Assembly: GCA_965235115.1 (NCBI GenBank)
Contig: OZ249436.1
Location: 9,920,001 to 9,984,000 of the forward strand
Direction of reading: 5' to 3'
DNA: 64,000 nt
Source: Laetmonice hystrix
Lineage: Eukaryota
In this document: piece after piece, positions 23,201 through 36,100 of the stretch
Position numbering within the stretch: the first letter of the stretch is position 1
Layout: every line of letters begins with the position of its first letter
Notes under the pieces: model-generated
Told to the model about the DNA's origin: nothing
Seen by the model: the letters and a program-made list of their open reading frames with translations, nothing else
Databases searched by the model: none
Translations under genes and position numbers: made by a program

Positions 23201-26200
23201 TGAAGTAGGTATGGGTACCGGTAGTTATTGATTGAAAGAATCCCTGGTTGACGTTCACCATACTCTCTCTGTAGGTAACCCTAGATATCCCTGAGGCTGT
23301 ATGTGCCAAGATATATGCTTTACATCATGTTGTTAGGGGTTGCAGCCAGATATGTGGAGGACTTTGTAGTTATATATAGCCAGTTAGTACCGTATTGATT
23401 CCATCATGCATACTCTACTTGAAATACCGGCCAGGTGATGTATAGTGACCCGGCCGACCCGGACCGTCTCGGCACCAAGAACGTGCTGCATGATCTCCCT
23501 ACTTTTTATCAACTGTATCCGGTGTTAAGGGTTAGGAATAAAAACAGGAGAAAATGATGTCTCCCTAGGTGGCGCTTTACACCCCGAATCCTGCTTGTTA
23601 AACACACACTGGTTCCTAGTTTAGATCCTATGAATGGAACTGGGCGCACTGTTTCTATATTTCTTCCTCTTTTTTTCGAACGTGACTCTACGGGTGACAT
23701 ACCTTCTAGGAAGCAATTTGCAGGATCAGATATTTTTTAGGGGGGAGGGGCCTTTCTGGGGAGGAAGCTTTATGTGTGAGAAGTCTGAGGGGGTGTTGTC
23801 GTGGGAGACGAGCCGGGGAGATGGTGTTAGGAGGTGGAATGCCCGCCGCCAGAGTACCAAGGCTAGATCTGACGGGTTGGCCGGTGGGGCGCGGATCCTT
23901 ACAGGGACTCCCATTGCGATGCCTGCCTCAGCCCGGCCGCCCAACTTAATTTGTGATGGCAGAGAGGTTAAGGAGGCAGGTGTGAGATGAATAGTAAAGA
24001 TCCACCGTGTGAATACCGACAACATTGGGCCAGGCATTCATCACCTTGCCGGACTGGCCGGCCTTCATGAGCCGTTGAAAAGGTGCGCGGAAAGTGGGAA
24101 ATTTGTGGCCGAGGGAATTGAAAGGACAGGCCGGGGACGAGGCGGATTGATGGAGCATTGGGAGGGGTGACAGTGACAGCCGAGGTGGTCTGTAAGGGCC
24201 ACTGATTGAACCCCAATGGTCTGCAGGAGCCGGCGAGCACAATGAATACGGCCACTTTGTATGTGCATACACCCAAGCTAGAGACGGAATCAAAGTTTAC
24301 AAGTTTGGTTTCTGCAGTGGCCGCCATGGTCTGCATAAACATGGCTCACAAATTATCACCCTGAGCATCATGCCTGTCATGGGGCCATAAAGAAAGCCGG
24401 TGAATTCCTGACACATATCGGTACATGTCACACCAGGTCAACATCTCAAGGGCCCTGGTGTAGCTGACACTGATCCTACTGTCCCCGGGAAATAATTGCC
24501 GCCAGCGTAGATTCTTTAGGGACCTGTGTGGGTGTTAGAAGGCGACCAAGTTAGTGAATTCTTGTTGGTAACGGAGATGTATGGCAGCGATATCAGCACG
24601 CCCGGAAATGAGGAGCTCACTGAGCAGAGCTGATTGGTGCAAACGCAAACTAATCAGAGGGCGCAATGTGCGAGATTGGTCGTAAATTGTCAGATTTAGG
24701 TCTGCTATATCTGTGCTGGGGTTCTGGTGTGAGTGAAGAGAAGCCGTGACGTGTGTATGGGGAGGTTTTGAAGGGTGCCGTCATGCGGCCGTCCCGGCTG
24801 GGCAGGACGTGTGTCCAGGGCCTGCTGACAGAGGTATTGACGCTGAAAATTGCGGTATTGTGGGCGGGGGTCGGGGTTGGGGTTCCAGGGGGTTCGACCG
24901 GCCCTGCTCACATCAAACCAAGGGTCGATAATGTGGCGGAGGTAACTGATAATCCATCGCCCAGATTCAGTTCCGGGAAGACAGGTTTACAATGCTGCCG
25001 CTAGGGGGAGTTGACGTAAATCAAACATGGCATCCATTGGGACCTTACGCGATCGTGTTGGTGCCGTGGCGAACTATTAAGACCCACATTTAATAAGGTC
25101 ATGCGGGGTATTAATTTGATATGTCCCGGGTTCCTTTCCAAGGAAAGATCAAAGATGAAAGGGCCAAGGGTGGATGGCAAAAGCAGATGGCTCGTGGGCA
25201 TCCGACACCATCAAAGAGTTGGTTTAAACTGTTCGACAAGATACCAAGACTTCTCTGACGTGGTCATGTATCATAATGGACATTAGTGATAGCTCTTCCA
25301 TGTAATGTCTTTACCAACAAGACATGAGGACGGTAAATGTCTCTCACTCAGAAAATAAGGTGAGCGGCAGCAGTTGCCCACTAGGGGTTCATTCAGTACA
25401 AACTGGATTATCCCACGGGGTCTGAGTGGTTCGGAGGGGATAATCCGATGGCAGACAATCTGCTAAGTTGGTAATGCTGGCGTGTCATAACCCTGTCAGG
25501 AGTAGTTTGTCTGTACCGTGCATCAAACACTGCGGGCACCCAAGGCAGCAAATCTCATCAGCTTGTGTCAGCTGACTACATAGGAGGAGGCGGCGGCCGC
25601 CCCTGGCTGCCGGACCCGCCTCTTCGAGATGGGAAACTCGCACAACGTCCTCTGGCTCTCCGACGATAAACAGTCGGCCTGATTGGATAGGTGAAAAACT
25701 AAATCACCCAAAACAAGCGAAGTTCTTCTACTCTTCTACTTCAGCTGCTGCAAGTCGGAACTAGGAAACATTAGTGGAGGCACAGCGGTCGTAATTATAT
25801 TATTTCTTTTTTTGCAGAGGACTGAATCATTATTCAGCAGTTAAGAAGTTAAAAAATAGTCTGAGTTGGGGAAAGTTATATGTCGTATTGGTGTTCATTA
25901 TGATCTGGTGGTAACAGGGGAGATTTCCAGGAGACTCCGTCACTTTTACAACTTCTTTTCTTGGAAAGTAGAGAAATTACTTGATGGAATTAAAGTTTGT
26001 TGGAATACAATGGTTCAGTAGTATATGTGAAAACTTTGTCCCTGGCAGTGTTACGGAAGGAATTTAAAGAAAATGTTTGTCGCGCTCTCTCGCGCGCATT
26101 TACCCCCTTGTCCTGTTTAGATGCAGGACCTGCCGCGGTCGTTTACAAATAGTTGATATATGTAACGCTAGGGGGAAGCACTACCGGCCAGGTATGACTC

Positions 26201-27194
26201 GCCAGGGCTTGGCGGTGCTCCCGACTTACACAACGGCAACATCGGACAGCCAAAGGTGTGACATTTGACACCTGGGTCAGATTTGTAAAATGATTTTCTG
26301 TTATATGCTAGACTTTATGTTTCAGAAACACGGAAACAGCGCATAACTCATAGAAGAACTAAATTACTAGTAGTAGTCGTAGTTATTGACGTCACAGGTC
26401 CACAACAATACAATACAAATCCTCGTAACGGAGTCATGCAAGCATGTTGAAGGATTTATTGCACAGTTAGTAGTTTGAATATTGCGGTTTTGTTCCCCCT
26501 AAATGATAGTCTGTGTCTAAATATCTATCTATTGCCGCTATTGAAAGTTCAGTTTGACATCCCTTATGGAAACCGATGTCTGCATTGAATGATCGGATTG
26601 AAGACCATAAAACATATGGTCTATTGACATTGATCTAAGCAGATGGTCTTGTTGCCGTGTTTGGAATAGATTAACGTGTCTGCCAACAGTTACCGTGCCA
26701 AGATCAGTGAAAAGACCGAACGGAACTGCTGCACCTGCCTTTCCTGATTAGACTGCTGGCCACTGTGTCAGTCACGAGCTCTTCCCATCGCCACAGAACA
26801 CCATTGTCAACTGCAAATGGTGCTGGCTATAACACCCGTCTCAAACAAATGCCGTCTCAAACAAATGGATGGCTTTGATTAGGAGGTGGCCAACTTGTTT
26901 CCTCAGCAGTTGCGAAGAAAGTGTTTGACCCCTGCAAGTATCGAGTCTCATTCAGCGCAGGGATTGACAGAGCACACTGGACGGAGATTAAGCCTGGTCT
27001 AAATTCATGGCCACTGATTAAATTGGATTTGTCGGGGGGGGGGGGGGGGGGGGCTGATGGGAACAAGTGTAGTCTGGTGAGGACTGGGGGGGGGGGGTAT
27101 TCTTCTCCAGCGTGTACATCGGCTGGAGGAACTGCTTCCAGCCAGGAGGCGCTGGGTTCTTGTATGAAACTCTGAAAGACGGCATCCCTGAATG

Positions 27195-27418
27195 GGCACA
27201 CAGGGAGGGCAGGGAGGGAGGGCACACAGGGAGGGAGGACACACAGGGAGGGAGGACACACAGGGAGAGCACACAGGGAGGGAGGGCACACAGGGAGGGA
27301 GGACACACAGGAAGGGTACACAGGGAGGGCAGGGAGGGAGGGCACACAGGGAGGGAGAGCACACAGGGAGGGAGAGCACACAGGGAGGGAGGACACACAG
27401 GAAGGGCACACAGGGAGG
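27195..27418. repeat. Purine-rich low-complexity minisatellite (GGGAGGGCACACA-type units)
   Basis: Recurrent CACACAGGGAGGG units; explains the Pro/Cys/Leu-rich and Gly/Arg/Glu-rich ORFs at 26857-27440. Confidence 0.9.
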
Positions 27419-27861
27419 TTAAATGATCGCCACAAACCAAGTGAAGTTTACTATACTTTCAGAAAACGGACCAAGATTTAAACAAAATACTTAAAGTGTC
27501 TGATGTTACTAACAGTAATGTATTGAATAACAAGCTAGGCATTTCAGCCACATATTCTCTAGAGTGTTTCCATTTTCTCTCTCATTTTCCGATTAACCTA
27601 TTCGAATTCAATTAAAAGTCGTGCCAAAGTGCCTAGCTGTTACAAGCTGAGCTGTTACAAGCCGAGTTGTTGCACAATGGGCGGTTTAATGAAGGCAGTA
27701 TTGATAACATTGATCCCGATCAGGGAAATCAGTTCAGATCCAGGTCAGCGGTACCGGTAGGTGTTACAAAGCCAGGAAGCTGGGCTTTACGGTGTTAAAT
27801 TGGTGTGAAGTGATTGTATGTAAGCAGTTGAGGTAATCAAATCATGATCAGTGTTTCAGAC

Positions 27862-27967
27862 GTTTGACAGGTATTAAACATGCTCACTTAGATCCTGGGT
27901 GACAAGTCGCTTGATGTTTGACAGGTCTGAAACATGCTCACTTAGATCCTGGGTGACAAGTCGCTTG
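27862..27967. repeat. Tandem duplication of about 53 bp
   Basis: GTTTGACAGGT...AAACATGCTCACTTAGATCCTGGGTGACAAGTCGCTTG occurs twice in tandem. Confidence 0.9.
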
Positions 27968-28206
27968 TACTCAGTTTACTGAGCTTTATCTGAGCCCCAC
28001 TACATGGTGGATTATTTGTGGTCATTACTAAAAGGCTGATCGTTGTGAAAGGACTGATCCTGATGAAAAGACTGAGCGTGCTGAAAGGACTGATCGTAGT
28101 GAAAGGAATGAGTATGGTGAAAGACTGTCGGGTGCCGACACGGGTTGCGGGGTTCTGACACAAAGGTAAACCTAGGCACGGCGTGGTTCAAGTGGCGTGT
28201 TGCAAC

Positions 28207-28274
28207 CAGGAGGAGTTGGATGGCTGTTGCCAGGAGGAGTTGGATGGCTGTTGTAGCCAGGAGGAGTTGGATGG
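28207..28274. repeat. Short tandem repeat, 3 copies of CCAGGAGGAGTTGGATGGC(TGTTG)
   Basis: Directly visible; gives RRSWMAVA repeats in the ORF track. Confidence 0.85.
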
Positions 28275-31200
28275 CAGCGAGAGCCCTTCAGGAGGAGTGC
28301 TGCCTCCAGGACGTCAGTCCATCTACTGAAGGTTTTCTCCTGATTATAGATCGGCCTACTATTGAGAGGGTTGGTGAGAAGTTGTAACACTGCCCCCCTG
28401 ACTCCTGGATCGGCATGCACTCTACTTCTATGTTTGTTGATTGTCGCTCCATGTGTGGCTAGACTTGTACTGGAATGTTTCAATAGAAAAAATTCTTTAT
28501 ATTAACAGAAGGTCAGACAGACTTGACAGGTACCACAGACTTTGTGGTAGTTTATCTGCATGACTTTATTTTGATGTTTCTTGAAGTGTTAGATATAGTT
28601 AGTGAAGTCTATATTTTCGTCGATTGTACAACACCCAGCCGTGGTTTTACAAGTCAGTAGGTAGCGAGTTGTCAGAAGTGCGCAGAAGTACGAAGTGCGC
28701 AGATATCGTAGTGAGTACTTTAGAGACTGCGGTACGAACTCAACACCTCAGAGTGTATTTCCAAGATGAAGTGCGGCATTATGCGGTACTGGATGTAGGG
28801 GTAGGTTTGGAATGGTGCGGCCAGCTCTCACCTTCCTTTACCAGGTCATTAATCAACCAGTTGAACCCCCTCCCTAACCCCACCACTATCAGCCCCGACT
28901 CCTGACACAGCACCCAGCTGGACACATTTGTTCACAAAGTGACGCCCATCAACCTTCACAGGCTCACCCTTGACCACACCACAGAGGGCCATAATCCCGA
29001 GTCGGTGTGGATAAAAGGGCCCCGGTCAAGGCCCTCTCCAACGTCCTCATTTGCAGTTTAATGAGAGGTGCCCACTGAGGTGCTGCCCATTGATGGCATG
29101 GTCCAATTAGAGTTCACAGCCGAAATTGGCATTGTCCACGTGAAATTGAGCTTGGACCACCTGAGGACTGAACCCCGTGGTGGGGACTAATACAGGCGGG
29201 CTTCAACCTTACCTTAACAAAGTCATCAGGTAAATCAGATTACAAGCCATGTCTGTTTTTATTACAGCTCAGCCGGCTGAGTGGCCTGTTTAACGTGTTA
29301 GCAGAGTGTAGGGGTCAGTTTGGCCGGGCGTTGGCATGGTCACTTTATTCGGACCACAAATCTCAAGAACACATCACTAAAAGAGTTCTCCAGCTTATAA
29401 CACTCCGATACCGTATGGAGGTGTGGTAAAGCACATTAAATTTTCAGAAGATATTATTCTTTGTCATAACACCAGAAAATAAATCAGACGTCGATTAAAT
29501 GAGGGAAAAGCTCGAGCTGTCAGGAACATATGTACTGATTTTTTAACACATGTTGAGACTCTTAAGTGTGTAGCCTGTCATAAGATTTCAATAAAACTCT
29601 GATTAGTAATTAGGCTGAAGTGTCTGAGAAATGAAGAAAGTCACCAAGTGTTAATTATAGAATGGGGATACGTCGTACATAAATTAATCCTGTTCTCCGT
29701 AATAGAGGTAGAGTAGTTATGCCCCTGGATGAGAAAGATGGGGTAGGAAACAAACCCCCTGCGTTCGGCATTGATCTTCCCCTTGACCCCAGCGATGTCC
29801 GTCGACTTGTTGAGCCTGGACCCAGCACTCTCTCGGTTTGGTGTATGTATATAACATGTTGGCGGTACACACAGTTACAACTGTACACACAGTGTGGCAG
29901 TTTTCCCAAAAATAACATTTAGCCAGGCCAATTTGGCTTACAGTAATGTTGACACGATATCTCAACGACACTGCTACCTCATACCTAATTGACTGGCTTC
30001 TGTTTGCCTGCCAGTCAGTGCGGCCTTGACGGGTGTAATGCCGATTTGATTGGGTTTGATTTGATTGGGTGTTATGTGTACCGGTGTAGGTTTAATTTGG
30101 ACCAATCTAATCCGTCTTTTTGAGATTTTTACCAGAACAAGTGGCTTGGCTATGGCGATATCTAGGCCAAAGGAAACTGTGACCTATATTAACTTATGTT
30201 ATCATACTGTACCCCGCAGGAAATATTTTGAAACTTTGACGTTGACAGTTAAAGGTAAAGGGTTTTTTAAAAATTAGAAAATCATGATTGTGAAGTAGCC
30301 ATAGTTTGAATGAATCAGCTCGTATCTTTTTGTTGTTCTGAGTATTGTTTTCGTTGACCCCACTATTGATCATACTCTATAGAGTGGGATGGACATTTCT
30401 ATGTGTGGAGTTATGATGTATTTCTAGGCACCCAGCGGTGTTTTTGGGGGTTGTCTTGGGTAGGAGACCAAGTAGGACACAGAGAATGGGAGAGACCTGT
30501 TTGTAGTCCCCCCAGGGGAGGGGAGGTACTGCACCAGGCCTAATTTAGACATACAGCATGTACTCGCTAATGCATAACTGATTGCCCTCATGATTCCAGA
30601 CCTGGGCTGAATTATTTGCCAATGTGAATCACGCACCGTGGGTTTGCTCTTGCTTCTTTACTGTATCCACGAATAAAACCGCCAACTTGTGTGTTTCTCA
30701 CTGCAAAGTAAACCTTCTTTTGGTGGACATTTTTAATGAGAGTTGCATGAGGAAATACAAGTTTGAAGTTGTTTTCTCAATAATAAAATGGCGTGAAATG
30801 TTTTTGGTGGGGTGGTGTGCGGTGTGTGCGAGGAGCGTGGTGGGTGTGCTGGCTGAGTGGGTCGCGCTCTGCGGGGGGTCGGTTAGGTCCCAGGCTCTCC
30901 TGGCGACACCAGGTGGAGCGACTAGCGCATACACTCAAACCAAGCTATACACAGCGGCTGTGGTGGTGGTAGCGGCAGCCGAACCGTACACCTGAGGCCG
31001 CTCTCCTCACCTCCCACACACCCCTGTCCATACCCTCCGACCTACACCTACCTGAGAACTCCCACCTCACCAACGGAACCCTGCCCAGGTATTCCCTCGG
31101 CAGGTGATTGTCATAGGTCGCCGACTCTAAACCTTAACTGGGCCACCCATTCCTAGCACTGTGATAGGTGACAGATAGAATAGAATATCAATGATATAAT

Positions 31201-33051
31201 ATCATAAGTTACAACTCAAAGAACCTCAGAGTATATAATATATCTTTGGACGTAATGTTCTGCCGGGCAGGCTGGCTGTGGGGAAGTCTGACCTTGCTAG
31301 ATTTACTTACTTAGATTTGACAGTAATTTAATCATGGCACAAAATTAATATTGTAGACGGATACATAAACTTCATTGCGGGCACCGTATGAATGTGAAGT
31401 ACATGATTAATTGTGATGGTACACCTAGGCTGGGTTGTAGCGTTCCCTGACCTTGTATGAGAGTGTTCATTAAGTTTTAATCAAGAGGGCCTTGCATCCG
31501 TTCTTACTGCCGTCTTCACAAATAAAATCATCAATATTACAAATGATAGTATACGTTTGATCAATAATGTGGTAACCTGGAGGTATTACTGGTTGTGATT
31601 CAAGGTTAAGAACGAAGGTCCGTCTGTAATTAAAGGCTGAGGCCCGAGTGTGTGTGGATGCTGATACTCTACCCTGTAGGATCGACAACATGCATACTTA
31701 TGTTGTCTGCCTCGTAATTATCCCATCCCCACGGAGGGGATGGGATTTTGAAATTGTAGTTGTTAACCGTTGTAAACACTATCATGTCATAACTCGGTCG
31801 TTTTTCAAGATATCTCAACCAAACTTGGTACGTATCTTAACCATGACGAAGTCTGGTCAGACACTCAGTCATTACGTCATGTGACGTCACGTCATGACTT
31901 CAAATTTTTGGGTCTTTGGGGGCCATTTTTAAAGTTCATATTGGGAAATACTGTCTGAATTAAATTTTAAAATGAAATGGTTAGGCCTAATCCGTTAGAA
32001 TAGTTTATTAATTTGCGGACACGTAGTGTGACTAGCAAAGTGTTGGTGCTTTCTGAATACAATAAATCTAAACAGTACAGTGCGCGGAAGTCTTCGGTCC
32101 TGCGAAACAAGCGTTGCCACATCACTGTTGGATACCTTTTGAATGTTGTTTCATAATCCGCCAGTTCATGAATAATAAAATAATGAAGCCATTTCACATG
32201 CTTATTTTAAAGATGTGTGATTTATGTTACTCCTGAATTACAGTACCAGTTTATTCTGTCGTATTACAGGTGCCTTGGTACTTCAACAATCCTCGTATTG
32301 TCCCGAATTCTATGTTTGCAGAACTATAATGGGGTCAGTGCCCCATCTTGATGCACATGTAATTTGAATGAAGCTATGTAGACACGCATAATAATAACAA
32401 TATATACGAAGGGGAAGGCAGATGCATATGTGATTCATACTTTTTTCAGTTATTCATGCAGCTTTCAATAGAAAATTGGCGAAATCATTGGATCACAGAA
32501 GAAAGACCAGAATGTAAACACTGCTTCAAAGATATCCCAATGACTTGGACAACCAAATATTTAGAGGCGTCTGGGTGACTGTCCTTGTATTAATTTACAT
32601 CTCATGTTTTTTCCTCACCTTTGTCCGCGGATATTTTGTCGCGTTTTAAAGATCTATATGTAAAACATGAGAATTATGGCGCTCACAGTGCGGGATCGGC
32701 GGCGTGCTATTGTAAGTACGGTACAATAACGTGGACGTGAAGTGTTCAGCCACGCACAGTTTTTACGGCCTCAGTACACACGAGAGGCATGTAGTTTGAG
32801 TGAGAGGCAGAACGCCCCAAGGAACCAGACAATGCACTGACACAGTGTACACAGCGAACGACTACTGTGTCGTTCTATCAACACAACCAACACCACAGAC
32901 GTAATGTTGAGACATATTTTAGATTGTCAACTGTGTGGACTCGTAAGCCACTGTCCTTACCGACTTTATTTTTTGCCCAGGTATGCACACATGTTAGGTG
33001 ACGAGAATTGACAAAGGATTTCTCACACTCTCTAATGTTTGCTTGCTGCAG

Positions 33052-33128
33052 GCTACTGGGTCGTCATCATTCTACTTTTTATCGCAATCTTCATCATAGC
33101 AGTCGTACCGTATGGAGGCAAGGCTTGA
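33052..33128 (+). CDS. STX8: Syntaxin-8 exon 8 (C-terminal transmembrane anchor and stop)
   Basis: ttgctgcag|GC TAC TGG GTC...GCT TGA. Encodes (G)YWVVIILLFIAIFIIAVVPYGGKA*, the tail anchor expected after the SNARE motif. Total CDS 726 nt, 241 aa. Confidence 0.9.
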
Positions 33129-36100
33129 CGCGGGGAATATGCAGGTAACTCCTTTCGTCATGTAATGGATGTAGTTTACAGTCGCGGACTGAACCTGGAA
33201 CCTTGGGAAATGGACATTTAGTCTCATTTGAAGCATTGCTCTCAAGATGGAATATTCAAAAGGAATGTAATAAGAATTTTGGGGGACGATATTATCGATA
33301 GATTACTGTAGAAAAATTGCAAACAATTAAGCGTTTTAGGACTGATTAACTTTGCCATTTGTTAATCATTTCTGTGTGTAATTGTCCAAGTTTACGCATT
33401 TCACCCTTTTAGATGGTTTGAAAGGATTAAAATCTATCAGAAAGAGATCGTAAGGTATCACAAAAAATTGAAGTTAAGACATCTGCATGTATCTTGTGAG
33501 AAAGGTAGCGTCCTCTTGTCCGACAGAAATCAAGAACTTCCATCTCGTCTTTTTTCCAGAATTTAATCAGATCGCTCCGGAATATCGTTTTATAACCTGT
33601 ACTGTCTGACTTTTGTGTAGTAGATTTAGCTCCATAGAATAACCATTTATTACGTGAAGGGATGGATTGTGTGTGGGCAAGTGCCGACACAGAACTACAG
33701 CAGCAGTTATTTGATTACATGCCTTGCCATCCTGTCTCAGAAATTGCAGCTGTCACAACGCGTTAGCTCTCTAATGCATATGTGAGGCCTCCGTGTATTT
33801 GGTCTGCCCTTATTTGCTACAAGTACGACACGTATTTTTATAAGTAGTCTGTTGACGGCATTAACACTAAGCCTGTCTCCGCAATCTACCTTGTTCCTCC
33901 TGGCACTTAGATTATCAGTTGGCCGCATACTCTACCCCCTTGTTATTCCTCATTGATTTAATCACGGCGTCCATTGCAGACAGAAGAAAACATCATAATG
34001 CTTCATGAAAACCCAGAGGCTGTTCACAGTCCAAAACGAGGCAGAGTCAATGACAATGAAATTACCGTCCTTTCTGCCATTAACGCTGAATGTATCTACA
34101 TGCCAAGAGAAATATGATATAGACAGGAGTAAAATTGACTTAGCTGGCCATCCTTTTCGCCATCAGTGGTTTCTTGGTTAGGTAAAGAAGATGTGTATCC
34201 ACAAAGGCAGTCACCCGGGCGATCTGCTGGGATAATGAAGAGGACCAGGAGATAGACTCAGACCGGGCAGGTGATCAGCTTCTGCACAGTCTTGTTGACG
34301 CAGGGAATGATGACAAGTTGCTGAGACGTAATTGATGCTTTGATCAGGAAGATGACATGGCAGAGTGACAGACACAGACGAGGGTAAACACAAGGCCTCA
34401 GGAATGGAACATTATAAAACAACATTCATCAGAGGAACACCTATAAGTTAGGACGGCCGTCATTTTAAACATAAAAGAACAACTATAAAGTGTATTTAAC
34501 GGGGATGGTGCGAGAGAATGATGGATTCCTACTCAAATGTAGTCATTGTCAGCAGCTGACTTTACTGCATGTAGAAAGTAATTTATAGAAGTACATGTAT
34601 ATTATGTGTACTACTTACGACACGTAAATGATAATAGCTATTAGGATACAGACAAAGCAGGGATTCCTCAGTGTCGTAACTTATGAGGCAAAATGTTAGC
34701 AGTGGGCGAAGAATTGGATATATGGGAAGCTCAAGACTGCCATGGCAAATTTTCATATTGCTGATCCCTGTAGTTAGATGCGACATTTTGCAGGCTGACA
34801 GTTCACATTTAAGCGTGTTCAAAGAAGAAAAGACTTAGTTTTTGCGGAATGTCGTGTACAGGTGGGCAGTTGCTGACCGCGGCACAAGGGCACTACTTTA
34901 GGATGTGGCTATGTTTGACCAGTTGATCCACGTTACCTTGTGCTGACCGCAATGACTTGCCGGTGTCGTCATCGGTGGCTCTTTTCATTGCCTTCAACCG
35001 GAACCATGGTCAGCACTGCTCGCCGGGGCAGGGGGCATTAGGCCGGGGGCCAGGGCAAGGGGCAGGGGGATGGGCAGGGGGGGCCGGGGACGCCTCCAGG
35101 TATGTGTGTGTGTGGGGGGGGGGTCGTCTGGGCCGGGAGGCGGCCTCAGTCCACTGTTTGGTCTGGAATCGAACAGGCCGTGCGCCCTCCATGTACCCAG
35201 CCATTCCGTCGCTGTTTGCTTTCATAATACAACTGGCTTCTGTGACAGCGGAAGGTCGGGCTGGCTGGCTCGGTCTCCACCCACGGGTAGCCAACCTGCG
35301 GCGGGTCACCGCCACGGCCCATGTTTCAGATGGTCACACCGTCAAATAACCTCGATGGAGGCCAATATTTGCACCGACAAATCCCAACAAGCCGAGAATG
35401 TAGGCATGAAATATCTCACAGGAAGTTTGGGTAAGGGTGTGAACCCAGAAACTTGGCGTTTGCTCATAAAGATTTGGTTTCGTTTGCAAATGAAAGGCGG
35501 CAAAATGTAGAAGAACATGACCCAGCTGCTACCTAGGTAAAACTGGCACCGCGGCCGAGCGGAGGCGTCACTCCATTGAGTTGGTCCTTAGATCCGGGTG
35601 TCGGGGTTTACTAAGGTTGATTACTGGGCTTCTATGTAAATGACCTCGTGAATTGCCGTCGTCGAGGATATCAAGGCTACACCACATTGAAAGCTGTCAA
35701 CAAATGGCATTGTCATTTTACCAAGGATACTCAAACAGTTGAGGGTCCTGCGTCAATGGTCTGTGAACAGAGGTGATACTTTGGGCTGACTGACTCGCCA
35801 CCCACTGCCTTTCTATTCCTCTGGTCGAACCAAAATGACAATGTGAATACACAGCGTGATTGAGCCGGTAACCTTGGCAGTTCGGGCTTAACTTACATAT
35901 TTGGTTGCCTTTCACTCGTGTGTGACTAATTTGCTTCAGATCTATCTGATAGTTTCGGCTCCCCGTTGTGTGGACATAACTTTGGGGTTCCAAGGAAGTG
36001 CAACGCCCCAGGATGTAAGCTTTGTGAAATTGTATAATAATGTCACATCAGCGGGAGTAATAGCAGAGCTTGTCACTTTCCGTCTAACTGTGCTAGCACG

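Noticed and set aside
23726-24342. Possible DIRS/tyrosine-recombinase or retroelement coding remnant
   Set aside because: No HSxRxG, YxDD or integrase motif in any frame; the ORFs are short and unrelated.
26857-27440. Long ORFs (up to 192 aa) on both strands
   Set aside because: They are translations of a low-complexity minisatellite and poly-G/C runs, with no domain.
31720-31746. Perfect 11-bp GC-rich hairpin (ATCCCATCCCC / GGGGATGGGAT)
   Set aside because: Too short for a pre-miRNA; probably part of an adjacent repeat element, and terminator logic does not apply in a eukaryotic intron.
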